From assembly GCA_947459215.1 (NCBI GenBank), contig CANHCQ010000005.1:83467-147466 (forward strand): DNA of 64,000 nucleotides. The letters run 5' to 3'. Of this stretch, positions 1 to 9,150 are shown in pieces. The position numbers and the translations under genes are program-made. Position 1 is the first letter of the stretch; every line of letters begins with the position of its first letter. Below the pieces are notes generated by a model that worked only from the letters and a program-made list of their open reading frames with translations, was not told the DNA's origin and searched no databases. This DNA is from Phycisphaerales bacterium. GTDB lineage: Bacteria; Planctomycetota; Phycisphaerae; Phycisphaerales; UBA1924.

Positions 1-202
1 AGGAAGGCGGATGAAGCAAGACCGAATCCGGCGCCGCCGGCCAGATCGAGCCCCAAGGCCCTCAGATTTCGCCGCCTGTCACATCGGCAGCCCGATATGT
101 GCGGCGAAAACCGCCCCGTGTCCGATTCGATGTGGTCGCTTTTCGGTTCCCGCGCCCATCACGCTGGACCCGAGACGGCGTGCTCTGTATCGTGCCGGTC
201 CT

Positions 203-622
203 ATGGACAGCCCCGCCTCGGATCCCGAATCCAACGTCAAGGAAGACGCCCCCATGGTTGCGACCCGTCAGAGCCTCCCCGGTACCCGCGCCTCGATCAC
301 CCACAAGTTCATGATCGCCCGCCACGAGGGCTATCTCACGATCGGCCTCTACCCCGACGGCCGTCCGGGCGAGATCTTCATCAAGATGGCGAAGGAAGGC
401 TCGACGATCTGCGGCATGGCCCAGGCTTACTGCCGCGCGTTCAGTCTCGCGCTCCAGTACGGCCTGCCGCTCGATGAGGCCGTGCTCCGCTTCAAGAACA
501 TGCGCTTCGAGCCCATGGGCCCGACCAGCAACCCCGAGATCCCCGAGGCCCAGTCGATCATCGACTACGTGGCGCGGTATCTGGAAGTTGAGTTCATCCA
601 GAAGGGGCCCAAGCGGTTCTGA
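203..622 (+). CDS. nrdJ: Class II (B12-dependent) ribonucleotide reductase C-terminal domain ORF (NrdJ C-terminal / NrdJb-like). The reading frame is open from position 2, so the true 5' end may lie upstream or outside the window.
   Basis: The translation ...TRQSLPGTRASITHKFMIARHEGYLTIGLYPDGRPGEIFIKMAKEGSTICGMAQAYCRAFSLALQYGLPLDEAVLRFKNMRFEPMGPTSNPEIPEAQSIIDYVARYLEVEF matches the conserved C-terminal ~100 aa of NrdJ. The upstream in-frame residues are Arg-rich junk-like. In-frame ATGs at 203 and 254. Confidence 0.5.
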   Translation: MDSPASDPESNVKEDAPMVATRQSLPGTRASITHKFMIARHEGYLTIGLYPDGRPGEIFIKMAKEGSTICGMAQAYCRAFSLALQYGLPLDEAVLRFKNMRFEPMGPTSNPEIPEAQSIIDYVARYLEVEFIQKGPKRF

Positions 623-725
623 ACCGCTCGCGTTTCACGAGTCACCGGTCCTGAGCGAAAGACGCCGAGGCTGACGAGTCTTCGAGGAAGCCTCGGTTCG
701 GTCTGTTGCATGCTTCAGACCGAAG

Positions 726-1745
726 TCAGCGGACCCGATTCGGCGGTTCCTGACCCTGCAGAATCGCCGCGGCGTTCGCGCACGCCATCTCCGTCATCAT
801 CGCGCGATACTTGGCTTCCGCGCTCCCGATGTGCGGCGCGAGCGTGACGTTTGGCAGTGTCAACAAGTCCGGATGCACCTCCGGCTCGCGCTCGAAGACG
901 TCGAGTCCAGCCCCGAACAGGCGGCCCGACTTCAACGCATCGACCAGCGCCTGCTCGTCCACCACCGGCCCGCGGGCGGTGTTGACGAAGATTGCCCCCG
1001 GTTTCATCGCGGCAAAGGCCTTGGCATCGATCAGGTGCCGCGTCTCGGGCGTTAGCGGCGTGTGCACGCTCACGACATCGGCCCTCGCCAACCCGTCTTG
1101 CAGACTCACGCGTTCCGCGGCGAGCGGCGCTAACTCGAAATCCCAGTGCCGCGAGCGGGCGACATAAAGCACCTGCATGCCCCAGCCGATCGAGCGAAGC
1201 GCTGTCGCGTAACCGATGCGGCCCGCGCCGACGATCAACAACGTGCGGCCCGTCAGATCCGCCCCCAGAAAGTCAGCCATGCTCAGGGGCCCCCGCTGCT
1301 GCCACTGCCCGGAGCGCACGAACCGATCTGCCTCGACCAATCGGCGTGCCACCGCGAGGATCAGCAGCCACGCCATGTCGGCGGTGCCCTCGGTGACGGC
1401 GTTCGGCGTGTTGGTGACCACCACGCCGCGGCGGGCGCACTCCGCGAGATCGAAGTTCTCGTACCCAACCGCAAGATTGCACACACCACGCAACTGCGGC
1501 CCGGCCGCGTCGAGGAACTCAGCGTTCACCTTGTCGGAGAACATCGAGATCACCGCGTCGGCACCCCGGATACGGGCGAGCACCTGCTCACGCGACGGCC
1601 GCTCCACCGGGCCGTTGCGAAAGTCGATCCGGATATCCCCGGCCGGAACCGAGGGCGTCCCCGGCAGATTCCGGGTCGCGACGACGAGCGCCGACGAGAG
1701 CGACGGCTTAGGGGCATGTGGAGATGAAGCTGCGGCCATGCCCAT
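726..1745 (-). CDS. D-isomer-specific 2-hydroxyacid dehydrogenase (glyoxylate/hydroxypyruvate reductase-like)
   Basis: 339-aa ORF with an NAD-binding GxGxxG motif (LLIVGAGRIGYATA) and the catalytic region VSVHTPLTPETRHLID...ARGPVVDEQALVDAL typical of the 2-Hacid_dh family. Confidence 0.85.
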   Translation of the reverse strand: MGMAAASSPHAPKPSLSSALVVATRNLPGTPSVPAGDIRIDFRNGPVERPSREQVLARIRGADAVISMFSDKVNAEFLDAAGPQLRGVCNLAVGYENFDLAECARRGVVVTNTPNAVTEGTADMAWLLILAVARRLVEADRFVRSGQWQQRGPLSMADFLGADLTGRTLLIVGAGRIGYATALRSIGWGMQVLYVARSRHWDFELAPLAAERVSLQDGLARADVVSVHTPLTPETRHLIDAKAFAAMKPGAIFVNTARGPVVDEQALVDALKSGRLFGAGLDVFEREPEVHPDLLTLPNVTLAPHIGSAEAKYRAMMTEMACANAAAILQGQEPPNRVR

Positions 1746-1772
1746 AGCCTACGGGCGTTCAGCGAAGAGAAC

Positions 1773-1892
1773 TTCACCACCGAGATCTCGGAGAACACCG
1801 AGCAATCCATTTGAGTCAGCGGCACGAACTCCTCGCCTCGAACCAAGCCCTCTCTCCGTGTTCTCAGTGATCTCCGTGGTAAATTGCCTTGC
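1773..1892. mobile_element. MITE-like element copy A with ~26-bp terminal inverted repeats (TTCACCACCGAGATCTCGGAGAACAC ... GTGTTCTCAGTGATCTCCGTGGTAAA)
   Basis: Imperfect TIRs read directly from the sequence. The internal core accgagcaatccatttg and the 3' end gtgatctccgtgg..ttgccttgc are shared with the copy at 5152..5279. It sits in the divergent intergenic region between 726..1745(-) and 1906..2727(+). Confidence 0.6.
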
Positions 1893-1905
1893 TCTGCAAC
1901 TAGCG

Positions 1906-2727
1906 ATGCGCATTCTCCACTGGAACATCCTCCACGGCGGCGGCTCTCGGCGGATGCCCGAGATCGTGCTCTCGCTGCTCGCCCACAAACCCGACGTCGT
2001 CGTCCTGACCGAATACCGCATCACGACCGGCGGACAGATCCGCGGCGTGCTCGGGGACCATGGGCTCGTCCACCAACTCTGCACCGACCCGCCCAAAGGG
2101 AAGAACGGCGTCGTCATCGCCTCGCGCTGGCCGCTGGTTCGCGTACCAACGCCCGAGCTGCTTCCGGCCCCGCTTCATTTCCGCTGGCTTGACGCCCAGA
2201 TCGCCTCCGCGGACGGCGACTTCTTCCTCACCGGCGTGCACATTCCCGACGACTCCCGCCCGTCGCCCAAGGCCGCGTTCTGGCGGCAAATGCTCACCCT
2301 GGCAGAAAAAAGATGTGCACAACGCCATCTTTTCATCGGGGATTTCAACACCGGGCGGCATCGCCTCGACGAGGCCGGAGCGAGCTTCGGTTGCACCGCG
2401 CTGCTGGGTGCCGTCTGCACGCTCGGCTACGCCGACGCGTTCCGACACTTTCACCCCGAGCGCCGCGAATGGACGTGGCTCCCTTCCACGACAGATCGCG
2501 CAACACCTGCAAATACAGGCACTTTCGCATCTCCCCCCTCGGGCTTCCGCATTGACTCGGCCCTCGCCTCCGGCCCACTCGTGCCCCTGCTCCGGGCGGC
2601 TTTTTACTCCCATTCCGAGCGGGAAACCGCGGTTTCCGACCATTCGGCGATGCTGGTCGACCTCGAGATTTCCGCGCTCGAGGTCAAAAAATGTGCTGAT
2701 TCTGCACCGGAAACGGCGATTTTTTGA
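1906..2727 (+). CDS. Endonuclease/exonuclease/phosphatase (EEP) family protein, cytoplasmic
   Basis: ATG at 1906 in frame with ORF 1216..2727. MRILHWNILHGGG...VVVLTEY...FIGDFNTG...SDHSAMLVDL are EEP-fold signature stretches. The upstream part of the long ORF overlaps the opposite-strand dehydrogenase and is rejected. Confidence 0.75.
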   Translation: MRILHWNILHGGGSRRMPEIVLSLLAHKPDVVVLTEYRITTGGQIRGVLGDHGLVHQLCTDPPKGKNGVVIASRWPLVRVPTPELLPAPLHFRWLDAQIASADGDFFLTGVHIPDDSRPSPKAAFWRQMLTLAEKRCAQRHLFIGDFNTGRHRLDEAGASFGCTALLGAVCTLGYADAFRHFHPERREWTWLPSTTDRATPANTGTFASPPSGFRIDSALASGPLVPLLRAAFYSHSERETAVSDHSAMLVDLEISALEVKKCADSAPETAIF

Positions 2728-2852
2728 CCTGCGTGACTTGCAGAGCGCGTCGCTCTGCGATACAAAACGCACGAAATCCCTGTGAGAAACGTCATTCTCG
2801 CGGGACCGATCGCGTCCGGAGGACGCGGCAAGCCTGTTACGGAGTAGACATC

Positions 2853-3221
2853 ATGGCAAAATCGAAAGCCCCCGCAGCGAAAGCCCCCGCAGTGAAAGCC
2901 CCCAAGCTCACCCCCGCCCCCAAGGTCCGCAGCAAGGGTGACGTGTACACCACCATCGCCACCCACACCGGCCTCGCTCGCAAGCAGGTCGCCGGCGTTT
3001 TCGACACCCTCGGCAAGATCATCGAGACCGATCTCGCCAAGGGCTGCGGCATGTTCGCCGTTCCGGGCATGATGAAGATCACCGTCATCAAGAAGCCCGC
3101 CACCAAGGGCGGCATGCGCCCCAACCCGTTCAAGCCGGGCGAGATGATGGAAGTCAAGCCCAAGCCGGCCCGCAAGGTCGTCAAGGTCCGCCCGCTGCGC
3201 GCCCTCAAGGCCATGGTCTAA
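2853..3221 (+). CDS. hup: HU family DNA-binding protein with a lysine/alanine/proline-rich N-terminal tail
   Basis: GGAG RBS at 2841-2844, ATG at 2853. The N-terminus MAKSKAPAAKAPAVKAPKLTPAPKVRSKG is followed by an HU/IHF fold (VYTTIATHTGLARKQVAGVFDTLGKIIETDLAKGCGMFAVPGMMKITVIKKPATKGGMRPNPFKPGE). Confidence 0.85.
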   Translation: MAKSKAPAAKAPAVKAPKLTPAPKVRSKGDVYTTIATHTGLARKQVAGVFDTLGKIIETDLAKGCGMFAVPGMMKITVIKKPATKGGMRPNPFKPGEMMEVKPKPARKVVKVRPLRALKAMV

Positions 3222-3388
3222 TCGCCACGGTCTGAGAAACGCACGCGAGTCGAATTCGACTTGTCAACGAACCACTCCAAGCCCGCGAAAGCGGGCTTGT
3301 TGTTTTCCAAGTGCGATGGTGCCGTGGGTCGCTACTCGGAACGAGCGACGACATCGCATCGTTCCACGCCACCCAATGCGAGCGACTC

Positions 3389-5128
3389 TCAGAACTCCTG
3401 CGTCAGCGGCGGAGCGTTTCGCACCGAGCGGATCGCGCACCAGACCAAATACGCCGCGAGCGACAGCAGCAGCAGTCCCACCGCCGCGTTGATCGAGGGA
3501 GCGCTGAGGAAGTTCTTGGTCTTGATCGCCGCCGCAAAGCCGGACACAATCTGCAGCGAAATCGCGGTGACAGTGGTCACGCCCACAAACAGCATCGGCA
3601 GCACCACGAACCAGCAGCGCTTCCCGTGGTTGTACAGCCAGACGCTGACGCCCAGAAGCGTGATGGCGGCAAGCAATTGGTTCGCCGTGCCGAAGAGCGT
3701 CCAGTACAGCCGGTAGCCGTTGGGATCCGACGTGAGCAGCACCGCCAGCGGCACGCCAGCCGTCACGCCCGCAGCGATCGTACCGCCGAGCCAGGACTTG
3801 ATGCCCAGGAGTTCGCTCAGCAGATACCGCCCGAGGCGGGTTGACACATCGAGCGTGTCAAAGACGAAGGTGGAAAACGCCATTGCGCCGAACGTGGCGG
3901 CGAAGAGAATCGCCTCCTTGCCCGCGAGGACTCCGAAAAAGTCGGCCAACCCATCGCCGTAAATGCGCGCGGCGGGAAGCCCTTTCGACTCCTCGGGTGC
4001 CAGTTTCATGATGGTCGCCAGCGCGATGACGGCGACGAACCCCTCGAGCAGCATGGCGCCGAATCCGATGGGCTTGCAATGCGATTCCTTGGCGATCTGT
4101 CGCGACGTGGTGCCGCCGCAGATCAAGCCGTGGAACCCGGAGCAGGCACCGCACGCGATGGTGACAAAGAGGAACGGAAAGAGCATGGTGCCCACCGCAC
4201 CCGCGGTGTTTCCGTCGAGCACTTTCTCGAAGGAAGCGAGCGGGTTCAGGATCGACGACGCCGCGTCGGTGAGCGCGGGCTGCTTGATCGTGAACCCGCC
4301 GAAGAGCACGCCAACGACGCCGACCCCAAGCGCGAGATAGAGCACCCAACCGCCCAAGAACCCGCGGGGCTGCTGGAGCAGCCACATCGGGAGCAGCGAG
4401 GCGATGAAGCAGTAGATGAGAATGGCGATGAACCAGACCTGGGCCGGGTGGTTGAAAACCGAGTCCAGCCGCGTGCCCGCCCAGACGCACCCGAGCGTGG
4501 CGGGCACGAACACGACCGTCACCAGCCACAGCGGCAGCTTGAAGTACTTCTGGAGTACGCCCAGCCCCAACGCCAGCAGCAGATAGAGCGTGCTCGCCAT
4601 CGCCACCGCGCCGCCCTTGTTGAAGGTGACGCTGAGACCTTCCAGTTCCTCGGCCTTGCCCACAAACGTGTCGGCCGTGATCTGTGTGAACGCGACGATG
4701 ACGTACAGCAACGCCAGCCATATGAACGCAACCATCGCCAGGTACGCCCGCTTGCCCAGGTGCTGGCGAGCGATCTCGGCGATCGAGTGCGCCCCGTGGC
4801 GGATCGACGCGACCAACGCCGAAAAATCGTGCACCGCCCCGATCAGCACCACGCCGATGATGATCCACAGCAAGCAGGGCAGCCACCCAAACGCAGCACA
4901 CGCCAGGATCGGCCCTGCGATCGGCCCAGCCGCTGCGATCGCGGAGAAGTGCTGGCTGAGCAGCGAGAACGGCTTCTCGGGCACGAAGTCGATGCCGTCG
5001 TTCTTGATGACCGCGGGCGTCGTGCGGCGGTCGTCGAGGGCGTACTGCCGGGCGATGAACCCGCCGTATATGAAATAGCCCAGGCCGAGCACGACGATCG
5101 CGATGACGGCGACGAAGGCGATGCTCAT
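3389..5128 (-). CDS. cstA: Carbon starvation protein A (CstA) peptide/pyruvate transporter
   Basis: 579-aa polytopic membrane protein with CstA-typical segments (SQHFSAIAAAGPIAGPILA, CGACSGFHGLICGGTTSRQ, DTLDVSTRLGRY). Confidence 0.9.
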   Translation of the reverse strand: MSIAFVAVIAIVVLGLGYFIYGGFIARQYALDDRRTTPAVIKNDGIDFVPEKPFSLLSQHFSAIAAAGPIAGPILACAAFGWLPCLLWIIIGVVLIGAVHDFSALVASIRHGAHSIAEIARQHLGKRAYLAMVAFIWLALLYVIVAFTQITADTFVGKAEELEGLSVTFNKGGAVAMASTLYLLLALGLGVLQKYFKLPLWLVTVVFVPATLGCVWAGTRLDSVFNHPAQVWFIAILIYCFIASLLPMWLLQQPRGFLGGWVLYLALGVGVVGVLFGGFTIKQPALTDAASSILNPLASFEKVLDGNTAGAVGTMLFPFLFVTIACGACSGFHGLICGGTTSRQIAKESHCKPIGFGAMLLEGFVAVIALATIMKLAPEESKGLPAARIYGDGLADFFGVLAGKEAILFAATFGAMAFSTFVFDTLDVSTRLGRYLLSELLGIKSWLGGTIAAGVTAGVPLAVLLTSDPNGYRLYWTLFGTANQLLAAITLLGVSVWLYNHGKRCWFVVLPMLFVGVTTVTAISLQIVSGFAAAIKTKNFLSAPSINAAVGLLLLSLAAYLVWCAIRSVRNAPPLTQEF

Positions 5129-5151
5129 GCGGCGTCCCCGGCAAGAGGCAT

Positions 5152-5279
5152 TTCATCACGGGGTTCACGGAGACCACGGAGCAATCCATTTGGTCGCAAT
5201 CCAGCAACGGACTTGCTTCGCATCGCTCTCCTCGCTCCCTCTCTGTGATCTCCGTGAACTCCGTGGTGAACTGCCTTGC
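5152..5279. mobile_element. MITE-like element copy B (same family as 1773..1892)
   Basis: TIRs ttcatcacggggttcacggagaccac ... gtgatctccgtgaactccgtggtgaa, with the shared core ggagcaatccatttgg. Located in the divergent region between cstA(-) and psuG(+). Confidence 0.6.
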
Positions 5280-5365
5280 ATATGCCGCCCGGAGGCAGGC
5301 CAGAATCGAATCACGCACGCAGAGTCGCTATTCTCACAGTTCCGCGGAGCATACAGGAAAGCACG

Positions 5366-6244
5366 ATGACAGGGCAAACACGACACTCTGGTCTCCCCAA
5401 CGCGCCAGCGAACCGCCTCGCCCTCGAGACCACGATCCTGACCCACGGCGTGCCGCGGGAGAACGCTCTGTCGCTCGCGCAGGAACTAGCGAGTATCGCG
5501 CAGACCAACGGCGCCACTCCCGCGCTCGTGGGGCTCTTCCGCGGGGAGCCGATCGTCGGCATGAGCGACGAGCAACTCCGAGAGGTGCTGGCCACGCCGA
5601 ACGTCCCCAAAGTCAACACCAGCAACCTCGGCGTGCTCATGCACCGGCGTTCGCACGGCTCGACCACGGTCGCAACCACGATGGAACTCGCCGCCGCCGC
5701 GGGCGTGCGCGTCTTCAGCACCGGCGGCATCGGCGGCGTGCACAAGGGATACGGATCTCACCTCGATATCTCGGCCGACCTCATCGCCCTGACACGGTTC
5801 CCAGTCGCGGTCGTCGCCAGCGGCGTGAAGTCGATCCTCGACGTCGTCGCCACCCGGGAGATGCTCGAGACCCTTGGCGTACCCGTCGTTGGTTTCGGAT
5901 GCGACGAGTTTCCCGCGTTCTATCTCCGTCGCTCCGGCGCGGGCGTCGATGCCCGCTTTGACGACGCCCGCGATCTCGCGGCGTTCCTCGACAAGGAAAT
6001 GACCCGATCTGGACGTGGCGTACTCGTCGCGAATCCCATCCCCGTGGCCGACGAGTTGCCTGCGGATCAGTTCGCCCGCTGGCTCGCGGCGGCGGAACAA
6101 GAGGCCAAGCCTGGGCGCGAAGCCACCCCCACCACGCTCGCCGCACTGCACCGGATTTCGGGCGGCGCCACGCTCAGGGCCAACCTGGCCCTGATCCGAT
6201 CGAACACCGCCCTGGGCGCTCAACTCGCCGCCGAGATGTCCTGA
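5366..6244 (+). CDS. psuG: Pseudouridine-5'-phosphate glycosidase
   Basis: ATG at 5366 (in frame with ORF 5276..6244). PsuG/IndA family signatures: NTSNLGVLMHRRSHGSTTVATTMELAAAAGVRVFSTGGIGGVH...VVASGVKSILDV. Confidence 0.85.
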   Translation: MTGQTRHSGLPNAPANRLALETTILTHGVPRENALSLAQELASIAQTNGATPALVGLFRGEPIVGMSDEQLREVLATPNVPKVNTSNLGVLMHRRSHGSTTVATTMELAAAAGVRVFSTGGIGGVHKGYGSHLDISADLIALTRFPVAVVASGVKSILDVVATREMLETLGVPVVGFGCDEFPAFYLRRSGAGVDARFDDARDLAAFLDKEMTRSGRGVLVANPIPVADELPADQFARWLAAAEQEAKPGREATPTTLAALHRISGGATLRANLALIRSNTALGAQLAAEMS

Positions 6245-6592
6245 CCGGCTGTCGGCACAGGTTATTGGGACTTGCCGTCAAGATCGGGCGACTTTCCGGG
6301 TCCGAGAGGCGTTTTCCTTTACACAAGATTCATTGTTTGGACGGGAAAGCACGGCGGGCTTTCCGGCGTTTTCGGCTACACTTCTTGGCAGAGAGAACTG
6401 AGGTCGTTCGGTTGCGAGAGAGTGATCCCCGACGAGTCTGTCGAGTCGCCTGATGCGGTGCCGAGTGTGCCCGCACCGCGCCGCTCTTGCGCGATCGGAA
6501 CCGACATCTTCTTTCTGAGAACGAAGTTTCGCGTTGTCACGGTGACGAAAAGATCGATTGGCCCCCCCACCCGTTTGGAAGGAGATCAGAGG

Positions 6593-9046
6593 ATGAATCG
6601 CAAGGTTAATCTGCTCACGTTGACGCTGGTTGCCGGGCTCGCCGCTCCGGCGTTTGCCCAAGACAGCATCTCGAAGAACGCCGACGGCGGCAGCGGCCTC
6701 CCCGGCGATGCGTTCAATTGGGCGGAAGGCAATGCCCAGCGCAGCCGATACGCCGTCGACTCGCAGAAGCTCACCAGCTCGTGGGGCGTGGCCTTCGGCA
6801 TTGTCCCGCTTGTGAAGACCGACCGCCCGGTCAACCCGGCCCTCGGCCAGTCCTCGATCTTCTTCAACAATCTTTTCGGCGGCTTCGGCGTGAGCAAGAC
6901 GCTCCGCACCGCCAACTTCCGCAACGCCAACTACAGCTATTGGCAGGCCCCCACCGCCGGCCCCAACGCGGTCCAGAACGACCAGACGCTTAATAGCGCC
7001 GACCAGAACCCCGCCGGCTCCTCGTTCCAGTTCGGCGCGTTCGTGAACCAGTTCGGCACCGCCAGCGCCCCCGCCGGCGGCACCACGGTGAACAGCTCCG
7101 TCGGCGCGGTCGTCAACTACGCCCCGGACAACATCCGCCGCTTCTTCGTGGAGCGCGTCATGCTCGCCAGCAGCAACCCCACCGGCGGCGCGACCGCCAA
7201 CAACGGCGCCCTCTTCTCCGGTGCCGCTGACTCCAACGGCGAGTTCTACGTTCGCGCCGACAGCAACGGCGCCAACAACCCGACGACCACAGCCCGCATC
7301 CTGGGCAACAACGTCGCTCGCGTCAACGCGATCTCGCGTAACGGCGCTCTGAACACCCTCGGCGGCGCGGCCGGTCTCACCACCGCGGCCGATGCGGCGT
7401 CTACCTCGTTTGTGCTGAACAACTACGCCCCCACCGCGTCGATCGTCAGCGCCATCCCGGCCTCGATCGCCACGGGCGGCAACGGTCGCTACGTCGGCCC
7501 CGACTTCACCCGCTCCTTCCTCCACGAGGGCACCGTCGGCTCGACCACGATCGTCCCCCCGGCCTCGAGCTACCTCAGCGTCCTCTCCGGCGGCGCCAGC
7601 AACGACCACCGCGGCGCGATCGCGATTCACCCCAAGGCCCTGTTTGGCGGCGGCAGCGTCGCTGCGGGCGCCATCCTCGGGCGTGACGGCATCGCCGGCT
7701 CCAACAACAACTACGTCATGGTCTTCGGGCTGAACGGCAACGGCAGCCTGACCGCTGGCAAGTCGTTCGGCATCCCCGGGCCCGCGTCGGTCACGCTCGA
7801 CCGCGCTCCGGCAACCGACAACTCGCCCGCTGGCCCGGCCATCTTCCAGACCTCCAACGCTGGCGTGACGCAGTACAGCATGTCCGGCTTCTTCGCCTAC
7901 CACCAGGGCTCCACCGCCTTCCAGGGCCCCAGCTCGCAGATCGCCATCGGCCAGGACCTCGCCGGCCGCGGCCTCATTGCCGGTTTGTACTACGAAAACG
8001 TGAACGCTCCCGCCGAGACCACCCCGACGCCCAACGTCGCCATCGTCGTCGGTCGCTTCGATCCCAACAACCCCACCGGCACCATCCAGTGGAAGACTGT
8101 CGCCTGGACCTACGCCACCGGCCCGACCGTCGCCGACACCGACGGCACGCCGATCCGCGGCGACTGGGGCAACAACGGCCACACCGCGTCGGCTCTCGCC
8201 AGCCCCGGCCAGTTCGACGGCACCGTCGACCTGAACCCGACCTCCGGCAACTATGACCGCCCGATCGGCCGCCTGCAGGCCTCGCTGACGTTCCCGGACC
8301 CCAACGTGACCGGCGCGCCGTCGATCACCCCGCCGGCCATTGACGCCGTCGGCAACATCTGGTTCGTCGCCTCGACCGCGATCAACACCTACAGCACCAC
8401 GACCAGCAGCTCCTTCAGCCGCTACAACAACGCCCTGATCCGCGCCGTCTACAACCCCGACACCTTCTCCTACGACCTCGAACTCATCGCTGAGTTTGGC
8501 GACCGCATCACCGGCAAGAACTCGCTCACTCGCTACTCCATCGGCGGCCTGGTTCGCTCGACGGGCACGGGTGCGCCGAGCTCTTCGGCCTTCAATTCCA
8601 GCTCGGTCGCGCCGTACGCGGACCGCAATCTTGACATCGGCACCGCAATCGGGAACGGCGAGCTGGCCACCTGGGGCAGCAACGGCGCCGTCGTTGATCC
8701 GCGCTCGCTCGGCGGCCTGGTCCTCGGCGCCAACTGGCTCTACGACGTCGACAACAACAACAGCTTCCAGGACCCCTCGGGCGCTACTCCGTCCAACCCC
8801 AACTCGGTCGATGAGCAGTACTCCGGCCTCCTCTACATCCACCACCGCTCCTGCGACGCCGACCTCAACGGTGACGGCGTTGTCGACGACAGCGACTTCG
8901 TGATCTTCGCCGGTGCCTACAACAACCTGCTCGACACCTTCGCCGACTTCAACTTCGACAACATCACCGACGACAGCGACTTCGTGATCTTCGCCGGTGC
9001 CTACAACGAACTGCTCTGCAACTTCCAGCCCGGCTCGGGCAACTAA
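6593..9046 (+). CDS. Large secreted protein with a C-terminal tandem dockerin-like (EF-hand-type Ca-binding) module
   Basis: RBS ggaaggag at 6579-6586 before the ATG at 6593. Signal peptide MNRKVNLLTLTLVAGLAAPAFA. Gly/Ser/Thr/Asn-rich body. C-terminus DLNGDGVVDDSDFVIFAGAYNNLLDTFADFNFDNITDDSDFVIFAGAYNELLC. Confidence 0.7.
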   Translation: MNRKVNLLTLTLVAGLAAPAFAQDSISKNADGGSGLPGDAFNWAEGNAQRSRYAVDSQKLTSSWGVAFGIVPLVKTDRPVNPALGQSSIFFNNLFGGFGVSKTLRTANFRNANYSYWQAPTAGPNAVQNDQTLNSADQNPAGSSFQFGAFVNQFGTASAPAGGTTVNSSVGAVVNYAPDNIRRFFVERVMLASSNPTGGATANNGALFSGAADSNGEFYVRADSNGANNPTTTARILGNNVARVNAISRNGALNTLGGAAGLTTAADAASTSFVLNNYAPTASIVSAIPASIATGGNGRYVGPDFTRSFLHEGTVGSTTIVPPASSYLSVLSGGASNDHRGAIAIHPKALFGGGSVAAGAILGRDGIAGSNNNYVMVFGLNGNGSLTAGKSFGIPGPASVTLDRAPATDNSPAGPAIFQTSNAGVTQYSMSGFFAYHQGSTAFQGPSSQIAIGQDLAGRGLIAGLYYENVNAPAETTPTPNVAIVVGRFDPNNPTGTIQWKTVAWTYATGPTVADTDGTPIRGDWGNNGHTASALASPGQFDGTVDLNPTSGNYDRPIGRLQASLTFPDPNVTGAPSITPPAIDAVGNIWFVASTAINTYSTTTSSSFSRYNNALIRAVYNPDTFSYDLELIAEFGDRITGKNSLTRYSIGGLVRSTGTGAPSSSAFNSSSVAPYADRNLDIGTAIGNGELATWGSNGAVVDPRSLGGLVLGANWLYDVDNNNSFQDPSGATPSNPNSVDEQYSGLLYIHHRSCDADLNGDGVVDDSDFVIFAGAYNNLLDTFADFNFDNITDDSDFVIFAGAYNELLCNFQPGSGN

Positions 9047-9092
9047 ACCCGCCTCGACGGCCTTTTCGTCGAGCAATCCATGGTTTCTACCG

Positions 9093-9125
9093 CCCCCGGG
9101 TCCAACGACCCGGGGGCGACTTTTC
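9093..9125 (+). terminator. Rho-independent terminator downstream of 6593..9046
   Basis: Hairpin cccccggg-tccaacga-cccggggg followed by cgacttttc. Confidence 0.5.
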
Positions 9126-9150
9126 AGGCACAACGCACCGGAGTCCGATC

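Noticed and set aside
1216-1905. N-terminal 230 codons of the long ORF 1216..2727
   Set aside because: Overlaps the dehydrogenase gene on the opposite strand and reads as Arg/Ser/Thr-rich junk. The real EEP gene starts at the ATG at 1906, just after the MITE-like element.
3858-5318. 486-aa ORF on the same strand as cstA in a different frame
   Set aside because: Arg/His/Gly-rich nonsense translation fully overlapping the CstA coding region.
6278-9133. 951-aa ORF on the minus strand antisense to the large secreted protein gene. Similar long antisense ORFs occur at 9718..10851, 37102..39519, 40574..41914, 45270..46889, 52814..54802, 55085..56155 and 57932..59119.
   Set aside because: Translations are Arg/Gly/Ala/Val-rich low-complexity with no motifs. 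They overlap well-supported genes on the other strand. This is a typical GC-rich stop-codon-poor antisense artefact.
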